Source: a virus
Lineage: Duplodnaviria; Caudoviricetes
Length of the DNA stretch: 64,000 nt
Virus record (IMG/VR): IMGVR_UViG_2522572160_000003
Direction: 5' to 3' (one strand)
Both the position numbers and the translations under genes were made by a program. The notes under the pieces are model-generated. The model did not search any database, was not told the DNA's origin, and was given only the letters and a program-made list of their open reading frames with translations. The first letter of the stretch is position 1; every line of letters begins with the position of its first letter. Shown one piece after another: positions 38,012 through 46,486 of this stretch.

Positions 38012-38427
38012 TTTTTTTCCGCGTCCTCACCGATTTCGGGTTCGTCGTCTTCCTCCACTTCGGCGGAAGAGTCGAACACATGCCCGGCCAACAGCATGAC
38101 CAGATCGGCGGCGTTTTTCATGACCTGGTCTTTCCAGTCCTCAACGTAATTGGGAGACGAGGGATAGCTGGCCATGGGAACCGCTTTTCCATTTTCTTCC
38201 CGGGCGAAGTCGCCGTCCCGGAAGCCCACCAGGATCTTTTCGCCGTATTTCAGCCGGGCCTGGGAGATCCGCACCTCCACTTTTTTGCCCTTGCGGCGGA
38301 CCGTCTCGTTTTGGTACGCGGCCCGCTCCGCGGTGGTGGGGTTGCGATAGAACAGGACGATTTTCGAGTTGGAAACGTTGTCCTGAAGGGTCAGTTTATT
38401 GGGTTCGTCGCTGAATACTCTTGCCAT
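38008..38427 (-). CDS. Tail assembly chaperone (gpG-like)
   Basis: Start re-called at MARVFSD with GGAG RBS; lies between tail tube and tape measure; ends ...AEKN on the slippery heptamer. Confidence 0.8.
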   Translation of the reverse strand: MARVFSDEPNKLTLQDNVSNSKIVLFYRNPTTAERAAYQNETVRRKGKKVEVRISQARLKYGEKILVGFRDGDFAREENGKAVPMASYPSSPNYVEDWKDQVMKNAADLVMLLAGHVFDSSAEVEEDDEPEIGEDAEKN

Positions 38428-38517
38428 TTTCTCCATCCTTTCGTTTTTGTTCATTGGGCATGAAAACCATGCCCCTACGTTAAATTGTGTCGTCGTTTCG
38501 GCCCCTCCTCCCATTCG

Positions 38518-38590
38518 GGGTTTTCTTTGGGAGGGGGTTTGGGGGAACCCTTTCTTTTTTCCCTTCAAAAGAAAGGGTTCCCCCAAGAAT
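38518..38590. repeat. Palindromic element, family A variant
   Basis: GGGAGGGGGTTTGGGGGAACCCTTTCTTTT...AAAAGAAAGGGTTCCCCCAA. Confidence 0.7.
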
Positions 38591-38602
38591 CTTTTCCCGC
38601 TC

Positions 38603-39877
38603 CTACGCGGCGTAGCCGGATTGCAGGTTTTTGACTTTGACGATCACGGAGCCATACGTGTCGTCTTCAAGCACGGTCAGGTCGCCAGCTTCGGCCATGC
38701 GTTTGCCGTTGACGTTCAGGGGCGCCGAAAGCACTCCCAGCCTGGGAAAGATCAGCTCCACCTGAAACTTGTGGGGATCGTCGTAAACATCGCCCTGGCA
38801 AAGCAGATGCAGGCCGATGGTTTCGTTTGCGTCCATGTATTGCTGGACTATGTATTCCCGGAATTCCCTATCCAGCTTGACGGCCTGGGTGCGGCCTTCC
38901 CGGAAAGCCCGGGAGGCGTAGGCGTCCGCCGCGCCCGGCACGAATTCCACGGCCAGGTTGTTTTGCAGGGACCATTCAATGGAGTTGATTTCGGCGTCCA
39001 GGGTGCGGCCTCCCTGGAATGCGGAGCCGTCCCATGCGCCGCCTATGACCACGGCAAGCTGAGACACCCGAAGCGGGGATTCAGACACCCGGGATGGGAA
39101 GGTGCACCAACCGGCCTCGGTGGGCACGTACAGCACCTTGTAATTGACCGTGGCGCCTGCGCCGCCCGGATCGGTGATGGTAATCACGGCCGGGGTGGCA
39201 TCGGACACGGCGGAGAATTCCACCTCGGTCCATTCGCCCGTATCCAGCTCCACCTTGATCTGGTGGACGTTGTCCAGGCGATCCTGGGCCGAAGAGCCGT
39301 GCACGCCGTTGGCGGCCAGGGTCAGGCTTTCGGCGTTGTCCAGGGCTTCTATTGTTTCCTGGATCACGTTGTCCGTGGCCTTGCCCGTCCCCACCAGGTC
39401 CGCGTTGATGCTGACCCAGGAATCCGCCGAAAAATTGGCGGTGATGGACTCCACAAACAGGGAGGCGAACCGGCGCTTTAAAACGCCTGCGAACTTCTCG
39501 GCCCCTGTGAAAGAGGGGTTGCTACGGGCGCCGTCCAGGTCGTTATCAATGGGCGTGATGGTGTGCTGATAGCCGGTCCCGGCCGCAGCCGAAGCGCACA
39601 CGCCCAGGCCGTAGGCGCACAAAAAGGCGAAATGCTGGGGCTGGGCCTTGGGAAATGTGAACGTCGCTTCGGCGGTCCGGCCCAGGTCGTAAATGGTGTC
39701 CGGCTCCTCCTTGCCCGTGAGCTCCTCCGCGTTGCTCTCCCTGCGCGGAGTCAGGTTGATCACATTATCCAGGCCGCACAACAGAGCCAGGTCCAAGGTT
39801 TGCTCGGTGTTGATGGCGGTTTCCGCGTTGGCCGCACTCACGGCGATTGCATTATGTCTGGCCCTCGATGATCTCAT
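38603..39877 (-). CDS. Major tail tube protein
   Basis: Position, beta-rich composition, YQHTITP...PSFT motif; no sheath gene in the module. Confidence 0.7.
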   Translation of the reverse strand: MRSSRARHNAIAVSAANAETAINTEQTLDLALLCGLDNVINLTPRRESNAEELTGKEEPDTIYDLGRTAEATFTFPKAQPQHFAFLCAYGLGVCASAAAGTGYQHTITPIDNDLDGARSNPSFTGAEKFAGVLKRRFASLFVESITANFSADSWVSINADLVGTGKATDNVIQETIEALDNAESLTLAANGVHGSSAQDRLDNVHQIKVELDTGEWTEVEFSAVSDATPAVITITDPGGAGATVNYKVLYVPTEAGWCTFPSRVSESPLRVSQLAVVIGGAWDGSAFQGGRTLDAEINSIEWSLQNNLAVEFVPGAADAYASRAFREGRTQAVKLDREFREYIVQQYMDANETIGLHLLCQGDVYDDPHKFQVELIFPRLGVLSAPLNVNGKRMAEAGDLTVLEDDTYGSVIVKVKNLQSGYAA

Positions 39878-40308
39878 GGCCTTTCCTCCTCAAAAGTATA
39901 GGTAAATATAAGTTCCTGCCTTTGCCATTGGGCGGTTTTGGTAAACGCCATTTCGCTGGGCGAGTCGTTGGGGCAAAAGCCGTCGATGCAATTAGCCAGG
40001 CTCAGGCGGTTTTCATCCAGCAATGCCTGAATCAATCCGGACAAAGCCAAAACGCCCCCGGAGCCCATGACGGCTTTTTCCGGGTCGATCACACGCACCC
40101 ACGGGATAACCATCACGGCCCGGGCCACCTCCACCATGTTTCCCGAAAGCTCCCTGCGGCGCGATCCATGGTCCTTAATCCCGATGGCCGGGCTTTTGGC
40201 CGCTTCGGGCAGGTACAATTCAAACGGCGCTATAAAAATATCCCGGTCCCGGACGTCCGTTAATCCGGCCTTTAAGGCTGTTTGAACCGCTGTTAAAAGA
40301 GATTTCAT
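39874..40308 (-). CDS. Tail terminator/completion protein (gp37-like)
   Basis: Located between gp36 and the tail tube; PAIGI motif. Confidence 0.55.
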   Translation of the reverse strand: MKSLLTAVQTALKAGLTDVRDRDIFIAPFELYLPEAAKSPAIGIKDHGSRRRELSGNMVEVARAVMVIPWVRVIDPEKAVMGSGGVLALSGLIQALLDENRLSLANCIDGFCPNDSPSEMAFTKTAQWQRQELIFTYTFEEERP

Positions 40309-40319
40309 AAGCGATTATT

Positions 40320-40485
40320 CCCGGGGGGAACTTTTTGAAAAAAGTTTCCCCCGGACCCCCTTCAAAAACTTTTTAAACTGGGCCGTCTCCCAGGTTGCTT
40401 TAGCCGATACCCCCCTATTTAAAGTTTTTTGGGGGGAGGGTTTGGGAGGGGGGCTTTTTTTCAAAAAAGGCCCTCTCCCAAGAAA
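40320..40485. repeat. Inverted doublet of family A elements (REPIN-like)
   Basis: CCGGGGGGAACTTTTTGAAAAAAGTTTCCCCCGGACCCCCTTCAAAAACTTT...AAAGTTTTTTGGGGGAGGGTTTGGGAGGGGGCTTTTTTTCAAAAAAGGCCCTCTCCCAA. Confidence 0.75.
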
Positions 40486-40489
40486 TCAG

Positions 40490-40918
40490 TTAAAAATTCG
40501 CCAAGGTGGTCGCGGTAAAAACGCGATCGTCTTTATCGGTTGTGGACTGAGGCCCGCTTGACGATTGCGGCTCCGGCGCGCTGGCGCCCAGCGTGACCTT
40601 GCCGGACGAAACATCCCGCAAAAACCGCACGGCGTTGTTGTAGCGTTTTTCCACGTTTTCGGGCGGCCCCATGGAGCGGCGGCCGTACAGGTTGTATATG
40701 GCGATGTCCACGCTGATTTTGCGGATCATCCCCGGCGCCGGCGACAGCGGGATGTCGTAGCGTGTGCCGCAGTACGAATCGATTTCCGAATCCGCGTCCG
40801 CGATCGCCCCTGCCAGAACCACGGCGTCCACGGCCCCGGAATCGTCGTCGTCGGTCAGTTGGATCAGGATGTCCTGATCCAACTGTTTTTCAATGTCCGT
40901 TTGGGTGGAGTAGGCCAT
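40490..40918 (-). CDS. Mu gp36-like (DUF1320) head-tail adaptor
   Basis: MAYST..D...LIQLTD...AIADA..EIDSY...RY..PL...DIAIY.L...RY..A..FL..V..G. Confidence 0.88.
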   Translation of the reverse strand: MAYSTQTDIEKQLDQDILIQLTDDDDSGAVDAVVLAGAIADADSEIDSYCGTRYDIPLSPAPGMIRKISVDIAIYNLYGRRSMGPPENVEKRYNNAVRFLRDVSSGKVTLGASAPEPQSSSGPQSTTDKDDRVFTATTLANF

Positions 40919-41868
40919 TATCCGAACGCCTCGCTGATCAGGTAAGCCATGTCGGAGCACACGGCCTTTTCCACGATGCTGGTTTCGACCTCGATCACTT
41001 CGCCGCCGCCGCCGCGATCCTCATCCCGCCAGGTGCGGACTTTGTATCCCTGGGGCGCCGCCATCTGCTTCCAGACGAAAGACTTGCTCCAGGAGACGCC
41101 TTCCAGCTCCGCATTGGGATCAATGTAAGCCAGCACAATGGACTTGGGCCAGACGTAGCTGAAGCTGGCCGCCTGTTTTTTATTGGCCGTGTTGTATTTG
41201 GCCGCGCCGATGTGGATGTGTTCCACCCCGAAGATTTCCTTCATGACGTCGATGGTAACCTGGGCCGGTGCGCTGCTGGTGGCGCCGCCCTTGACGAAGT
41301 CCAAAAGCTGGGGATGGCGTTTAAGCACGTCGTATCCGGGCTTGCTCAGGATCATGGTGTTGGGTTCGTAAAAACAAGCGGACTTACCCGTATCGATCAC
41401 GCCGATGGGGTCGGAGTTATCGTAGTCGCTGAGCTGGCTCGTGCCGGAAAGGGTGATCTTGTATGCGGCGCCGAAATTGGCCGCCGTGGTGGCGAAGTTC
41501 TTCACCCGGATCTCGCGATCCAACAGGATGAGGTCCGTCACGGTTTCCGTGGTTTTGGTCCTGGGCCTTAAGGGCATGTCGGAGTTGGCCACCACGGAGT
41601 CCGGGAGAAAGCTCTTAAGGGCCTTATCGTTGCAGGAGTATTCCGCCTGAGACACGTTCCAATCCACTTCATTGGCGGAATCCTTGGGGCCGCGATCGGT
41701 CTTGGCCGGGGTGAAGCGATCCTTTTTGTCATAGACAAAATACTTGTCGCTTTTCTTGGGCACCAACACCATGGGACAAACCCCGTCCGCGATGAACTTT
41801 CTGTTTCTGTATTCCACGGCGACGTTGGATAATACCGAATCGACATGGACGTTTTGCACTGCTGGCAT
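40918..41868 (-). CDS. Major capsid protein
   Basis: HVD.VLSNVAV.YRN..FIAD..CP.V.V.KKSDKY, ILLDRE.RV and SDPI motifs. Confidence 0.85.
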   Translation of the reverse strand: MPAVQNVHVDSVLSNVAVEYRNRKFIADGVCPMVLVPKKSDKYFVYDKKDRFTPAKTDRGPKDSANEVDWNVSQAEYSCNDKALKSFLPDSVVANSDMPLRPRTKTTETVTDLILLDREIRVKNFATTAANFGAAYKITLSGTSQLSDYDNSDPIGVIDTGKSACFYEPNTMILSKPGYDVLKRHPQLLDFVKGGATSSAPAQVTIDVMKEIFGVEHIHIGAAKYNTANKKQAASFSYVWPKSIVLAYIDPNAELEGVSWSKSFVWKQMAAPQGYKVRTWRDEDRGGGGEVIEVETSIVEKAVCSDMAYLISEAFG

Positions 41869-41900
41869 AGTTCGCCTCCTTTTATTGGGTCAGTAGGTGG

Positions 41901-42308
41901 TTATTCTGCGTCAACGCCCAGGTAACGAGGCCCAAGCAGCTTGACTTCGATCAGGTCGCCGTCCGCCGTGGAGGGCTCCAGGGCGATGCAGAAATACTGC
42001 GCGTTGTCCGTGGTCACCTTGACGCCATGGTAGTTGCTGTTGGAGCCCAGGGGATCGCCTGCGGCGATGTTCACGCTGTTTCCGTCCACCACAAGCAGGC
42101 TGGTGCCTTCGGTCGCGATTTCGGCGACTTCGCCCTGGGCTTCGGGAGCGTTTTGCAAGACGCCCAGGACCGTGGTCCCGGCCGAAGAATCGCCGTAGTC
42201 GAACTCTTCGTCGCTTGCGATGGCGGCCGCGTGATACTGATTGTCGGAAAGATCCCGGGCCGCTGGCCTGCTTATGGTTCCTGCCGGTTTGGATTGTACG
42301 CCTGCCAT
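41901..42308 (-). CDS. Capsid cement/decoration protein (DUF2190-like)
   Basis: GVLQN.P..GE.A, IAAGD and GDLIEV.L motifs. Confidence 0.75.
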   Translation of the reverse strand: MAGVQSKPAGTISRPAARDLSDNQYHAAAIASDEEFDYGDSSAGTTVLGVLQNAPEAQGEVAEIATEGTSLLVVDGNSVNIAAGDPLGSNSNYHGVKVTTDNAQYFCIALEPSTADGDLIEVKLLGPRYLGVDAE

Positions 42309-42343
42309 AATTCACCTCCGTGTTTGCAAGTTTTAGGGCGGAC

Positions 42344-43522
42344 TTATTTGACCAGCCCGGGGTTTTCCTTGGCGACTTCCAGCAGGGCCTCGCTAAAGGA
42401 GATTCCATCTTCCTTGGCCCGCTTCCTGGCCATGGCCGCGATCTTTTCGTCATCGCCGCCCGGATGCACATCCTTGTCCGGCCCGGCGATTTCGGAGAAG
42501 TCGATGAGCTTGGGCAGATCCGCGAGAAACCCCTGGAACCAATCAGCCGGGGTTTGCTTGGCCTGGCCTTCGGCGAACTCGATCTCGGTTCCGGCGTCCA
42601 GCCCTTCCATGAATTCCTGGATGCCAGCGTCTTTCCATGCCGGGGCGATGGTTCCGTCCTTGATCCCGGCTTCCACAAATGCGGCGATTGCCTTTTTGCG
42701 GGTTTCCTTGGCCTCCTTGGCCTGTTGTTCCGCGAATTCCGCCTCCGCCTGTTCGCGGGCTTCCTTGGCCGCCTTGTCGGCCGCTTCCTTTCGGGCCTGG
42801 TTAATGTCCGCTTCCGAAAAGCTGACTGCGGTTCCTGCGGGTTCGCCTTCGGGCATGTCGTCAACCGCTTTGCCGAAAGCCTCTTTTACTTTGTCTTTCC
42901 AACTCATGGCCTTGCCTCCTGTGTTAGTGGGGTCTGAAAACATCGGTTCATCAAGAGGGGATGCAAGCACTTCCTCGATTTCCCATTCGGGAACGATGCC
43001 GTCTGCGGCGTCCTTGCCTTCCTTTTCGATGATCCATTCGCGCAATCTTCTAAAAATCCTTGCCAGGGACTTCATTTTGTACGAGTCGATCTCCTGGCCG
43101 AATTCAATGGTTATGGATTCCTGATCCCCGGAAAACTCGATATTTTTGAGCCCCTTGATTGCCGGGGGAACGGCGCCCAAAAAGCCCACGTGCTTTAAGG
43201 AGCCGTCCGGGTAAAAGGAAGCCGAGCGTTTTTTGTACAGGCCCTTTTCCACCAGGTCGGCGAACTCGGGCTGCACCTGGTTGAATGTCGCCTCCAGGAT
43301 CTTGGCTCCGTTTTTGTCCACAGCCCGCAGGGCGGACACCCAGCCGAAAGCCGGGGCGTTGGTCTTGGGATGCCCGCACACGATGGGCGGCTCGTGTTCG
43401 GCCAGGTCAAAAGAGGCCACGGCCTTTTCGATGAGCTTGTTCACGTCCTGCTCCCGGCCTTTGCTGTCCCGGTGAGTTCCCCCCCTGGCTATTTCCACCC
43501 AACCGCTTAATCCCTTTTTCAT
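42344..43522 (-). CDS. Prohead protease/scaffold (Mu I/Z-like)
   Basis: WVEI..GG, PIVCGHP...APAFGWV, YKKRSAS and HVGFLGA.PPAIKGL; C-terminal coiled coil. Confidence 0.85.
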   Translation of the reverse strand: MKKGLSGWVEIARGGTHRDSKGREQDVNKLIEKAVASFDLAEHEPPIVCGHPKTNAPAFGWVSALRAVDKNGAKILEATFNQVQPEFADLVEKGLYKKRSASFYPDGSLKHVGFLGAVPPAIKGLKNIEFSGDQESITIEFGQEIDSYKMKSLARIFRRLREWIIEKEGKDAADGIVPEWEIEEVLASPLDEPMFSDPTNTGGKAMSWKDKVKEAFGKAVDDMPEGEPAGTAVSFSEADINQARKEAADKAAKEAREQAEAEFAEQQAKEAKETRKKAIAAFVEAGIKDGTIAPAWKDAGIQEFMEGLDAGTEIEFAEGQAKQTPADWFQGFLADLPKLIDFSEIAGPDKDVHPGGDDEKIAAMARKRAKEDGISFSEALLEVAKENPGLVK

Positions 43523-43538
43523 GCCGCCTCTCCTTGCC

Positions 43539-43599
43539 CTCGTTCCCATGCTGTGCGTGGGAATGTTTTCATCTCGTTCCCATGCTGTGCGTGGGAATG
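43539..43599 (+). repeat. Tandem pair of 27-bp REP-like palindromes, family B
   Basis: CTCGTTCCCATGCTGTGCGTGGGAATG at 43539 and 43573. Confidence 0.85.
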
Positions 43600-43714
43600 C
43601 TTCCCGGCCCGCCTTATTTCGATTCTAAGCCCCCGCATCCTGAACCCGCCCTGTCATGCGGCCGGGCCTTGTTTAAAAAGACACGGGCGTTTTTAAACGT
43701 GTTCTGAAAGCCCT

Positions 43715-44245
43715 TTAAGCCTGCTCCAGGATGTCCACGAGCGACTCCCTGATTTCGCCCCAATCCTCGGGCTGCACCATCATGAACGGCCGGGCCGGGA
43801 TGTCGCCCCATGGCAGGGTTGTTTTCCTGTTGTGCGAACTCACCTTGACGCCGTCCCTGCGGGTGAACGATTTCACCCGGACAACCTTTTGCCCGAACTG
43901 TCCTTTCCTGGCGCCGAAATGGAGCGTGGCCGCCTTGATGCTGTTGGCCGAAAGCACCACCTTGTCCGGGAAGGCCTGGTAGGAAATGCTCCGCATGAGT
44001 TCCCCGGACCTGACCAGGATCTGGCCGGGCCATTTTTTTTCTGCAATGCGCCGGGAGATGGTGACGTCCGAAAGCCCCTGCCACGCTGGGCGGCCGCCGA
44101 CCTCGAAGTTCCGCAGAATGCTTGCGTGGACGATTTCGCCGATGACTTCCATGACCGGCGTCAGATCGCCCAGGCGCTGAAGCAGCTTGCCAAGCAGGCC
44201 AGCGACCTCCGCGTCATCCACGGATATGACCTGATTCACGCCCAT
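43715..44245 (-). CDS. Virion morphogenesis protein (Mu gpG-like)
   Basis: DLTPVM..IG, W..LS..T, IL..SG.L..SI, HFG and IPARPF motifs. Confidence 0.88.
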   Translation of the reverse strand: MGVNQVISVDDAEVAGLLGKLLQRLGDLTPVMEVIGEIVHASILRNFEVGGRPAWQGLSDVTISRRIAEKKWPGQILVRSGELMRSISYQAFPDKVVLSANSIKAATLHFGARKGQFGQKVVRVKSFTRRDGVKVSSHNRKTTLPWGDIPARPFMMVQPEDWGEIRESLVDILEQA

Positions 44246-46483
44246 TTACGCGGCCTCCTTGAAAGGCATGTTCGCCCATCCCGGATCGGGGATGAGATAC
44301 CGGGCGGGCATGGTGTGGCCGGTGGCCGGGTCCACGGGTTCGATCAGGGTGTTGGTGGGGTCCACCGTTTCGACCTTCCACTTGTTGCGGGCGATCTCCC
44401 GGGCGGACACAGCCACGACCGTGCAGCGGCAGTTAAAGCCGTTGGGCGGATACCACTTTTCCCAGACAGGGTGATCCCACCGGAATATCTTGCCGTGCAT
44501 GGCCGCGTGCTCCGGCCGGGAGCTTGCGTCCAGGACGGCCATATACCGCCAATAAGGCCGGGCCGCCTTCATGGCCGGGGTGGTCAACTGCCTAAACCGC
44601 CCGCCCTGATAGCTGACCTGCATGTTCGTGCGCCAGATGGTGTTCACCCGCCAGGGCCTCAATGCCTTGTAGCCCTTGCTTTCAAAAAGGGCCGGCATGG
44701 CCTTCATGAAATTTTCCAGGGTGGAGCCTTCCTCCATGGCCTTGAGGATTTCGGCCTTGACCATGGCCAGCAAATCGGCGCTGGCCACGCCCGCGATGCG
44801 GAAAGCCTTGTCCCGGAAGTAGTCCATGGCTTCCTTGAAAGGAGTCCCCGGCCCCCATTCCGCCTCGGAAAAATCGGCCTCGGATTCCACGGATTCAACG
44901 CCCAGGGCGTCGGCTTCCATCAGGGACGCGGCCAGGGCTTCGGCAATGGATGCGGAGTCCATGGACAGGGAGTCTATTTTGGCGGCCGCCTTCTTGAGGG
45001 AACCGGCCCCACGGACAAACCCGGAAATCTGCCCGAGCCAGGCTTCCATCAGGGACGCGGCTTCCTTCACGCGGGAATCCGCCCTGGCGTCCAGATCCCG
45101 CTGGAAACTTTCCTCCGACAACTCGATCACGGCCTCGGCGAATTCCGCGGCGCCGTTCTGTTTTTCGGCCTCCGCCATAATGCCTTGCATGGCTTCGGGC
45201 GTGATCAGCTCATCGCCGCCCGGCCTTGGCTCCAGGCCCAGGCGATCGCGGGCTTCGTTTTTGCTGATCGTGCCGTACTTGAAGTGGTACTCATACAAGG
45301 GGCTCTGGGCGTCCTTGGCGTTTTCGGGCCTGGGCAGGTTGTAGGTTTCGTACCAGTAATCGTCATCAACCCGGACGCCGATTTCCTTGGTCAGCGTCTT
45401 GTCCCGTTCGGCCAGGGCTTTCAAATCCTGCTCGGGCTCCACCCGGAACCACATCCGGGGATATTCGGTGACGCCGGAATAGTTGTAGTCCACCATCCAG
45501 GGGATGAGGCTTTCGTTCAGGCATTCGGCCAAAAGATCCGCGTCCGCCTTCAGGATGTCCTGGCGGACCGCTTCCTGGGAATCCTCATTGCCCAGCTTGC
45601 CGGGGGTGCCTTCGGTGGATGCGGTCTGGCCCAGGACCGCCTTGGAAATCTGCTTGTCCATGTATTCGCACACGGTTTCATACGTGACCTTGCCGCCCCG
45701 CTTGGCCTCCAGGAATTCCGCCGCCATGCCCTCCGGGATGGTGATGCAGGTTTCGTTTTGGATGGCGTCCAGGGTGGCAAGCAGCTTGTCCTTGGCGTCC
45801 TGGTCGGCGTTGGGCGGGTATTTGCCAACGGCCGTGGGCATGCCGAATTTTTCCAGGAAAACCATCCAGTATTTGATGCCGTGCTTTTTAAACCAGACGC
45901 TCCACCAGAGCTTTTGGCCCAGGCCCTTGCCGTAAGGCGAGTCGGAATCGCCGTAACAGAAAACCAGGAATTTGCGGTCGGGAACCGGCTCGCCGTCCAT
46001 CATGTTTTCCGGGGTGAGAAGCCGCAGCTCCCGTTCGTCGGTAAAGGCGAAGCGGCGCGGGTGCTTGCCGATGATCTTTTTCGGGAGCCATTTGCCGCCA
46101 CGGTTGGTCCACATGATTTCTCCCACGCGGAACCCGAAAAGCACGGCCTGCATCAACTCCTGGATGGCCTGGGTGAAGTTAAACCCGCCCAGGGCTTCCT
46201 GGACAAAGTCCGCTATTTCCTGGCCGCGTTCATCATCCGAGCCTGGCCTGACCTCAAGCTCGCACCCGGCAACGGCCAGGGCGCGGGTTTGCAAAACGCT
46301 GGAGGCGTGGGAGTCGCGGTCCACCTCATCGTACAGCCGGATGCCTTTGCCCCCCGCCTGGGTGCGCAAGACAGGGTCCGGGTTTTCCAAATGCCCGAAC
46401 CATCCCGCAAAAAGGTCGATGTCCTTTTTGATGGAGGCTACTTCATTTTTCTCGGGCTTTTTAGTGACTTGTTCCTCTGTCAT
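44246..46483 (-). CDS. Portal (Mu gp29/DUF935) fused to Mu gpF/gp30-like head morphogenesis domain
   Basis: N-terminal FLEKFGMP..VGKYP and ISKAVLGQT; C-terminal TIWRTN..SY..GR, AVLD..R..H and PPNGFNCRC. Confidence 0.88.
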   Translation of the reverse strand: MTEEQVTKKPEKNEVASIKKDIDLFAGWFGHLENPDPVLRTQAGGKGIRLYDEVDRDSHASSVLQTRALAVAGCELEVRPGSDDERGQEIADFVQEALGGFNFTQAIQELMQAVLFGFRVGEIMWTNRGGKWLPKKIIGKHPRRFAFTDERELRLLTPENMMDGEPVPDRKFLVFCYGDSDSPYGKGLGQKLWWSVWFKKHGIKYWMVFLEKFGMPTAVGKYPPNADQDAKDKLLATLDAIQNETCITIPEGMAAEFLEAKRGGKVTYETVCEYMDKQISKAVLGQTASTEGTPGKLGNEDSQEAVRQDILKADADLLAECLNESLIPWMVDYNYSGVTEYPRMWFRVEPEQDLKALAERDKTLTKEIGVRVDDDYWYETYNLPRPENAKDAQSPLYEYHFKYGTISKNEARDRLGLEPRPGGDELITPEAMQGIMAEAEKQNGAAEFAEAVIELSEESFQRDLDARADSRVKEAASLMEAWLGQISGFVRGAGSLKKAAAKIDSLSMDSASIAEALAASLMEADALGVESVESEADFSEAEWGPGTPFKEAMDYFRDKAFRIAGVASADLLAMVKAEILKAMEEGSTLENFMKAMPALFESKGYKALRPWRVNTIWRTNMQVSYQGGRFRQLTTPAMKAARPYWRYMAVLDASSRPEHAAMHGKIFRWDHPVWEKWYPPNGFNCRCTVVAVSAREIARNKWKVETVDPTNTLIEPVDPATGHTMPARYLIPDPGWANMPFKEAA

Positions 46484-46486
46484 GGT

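Noticed and set aside
37854-38081. 75-aa ORF as the second tail chaperone
   Set aside because: Wrong frame; the protein-like extension is the -1 frame ending at 37733.
43539-43599. Possible mini-CRISPR array
   Set aside because: Only two 27-bp units with a 7-nt gap; the same palindrome recurs singly elsewhere, so it is REP-like; no cas operon.
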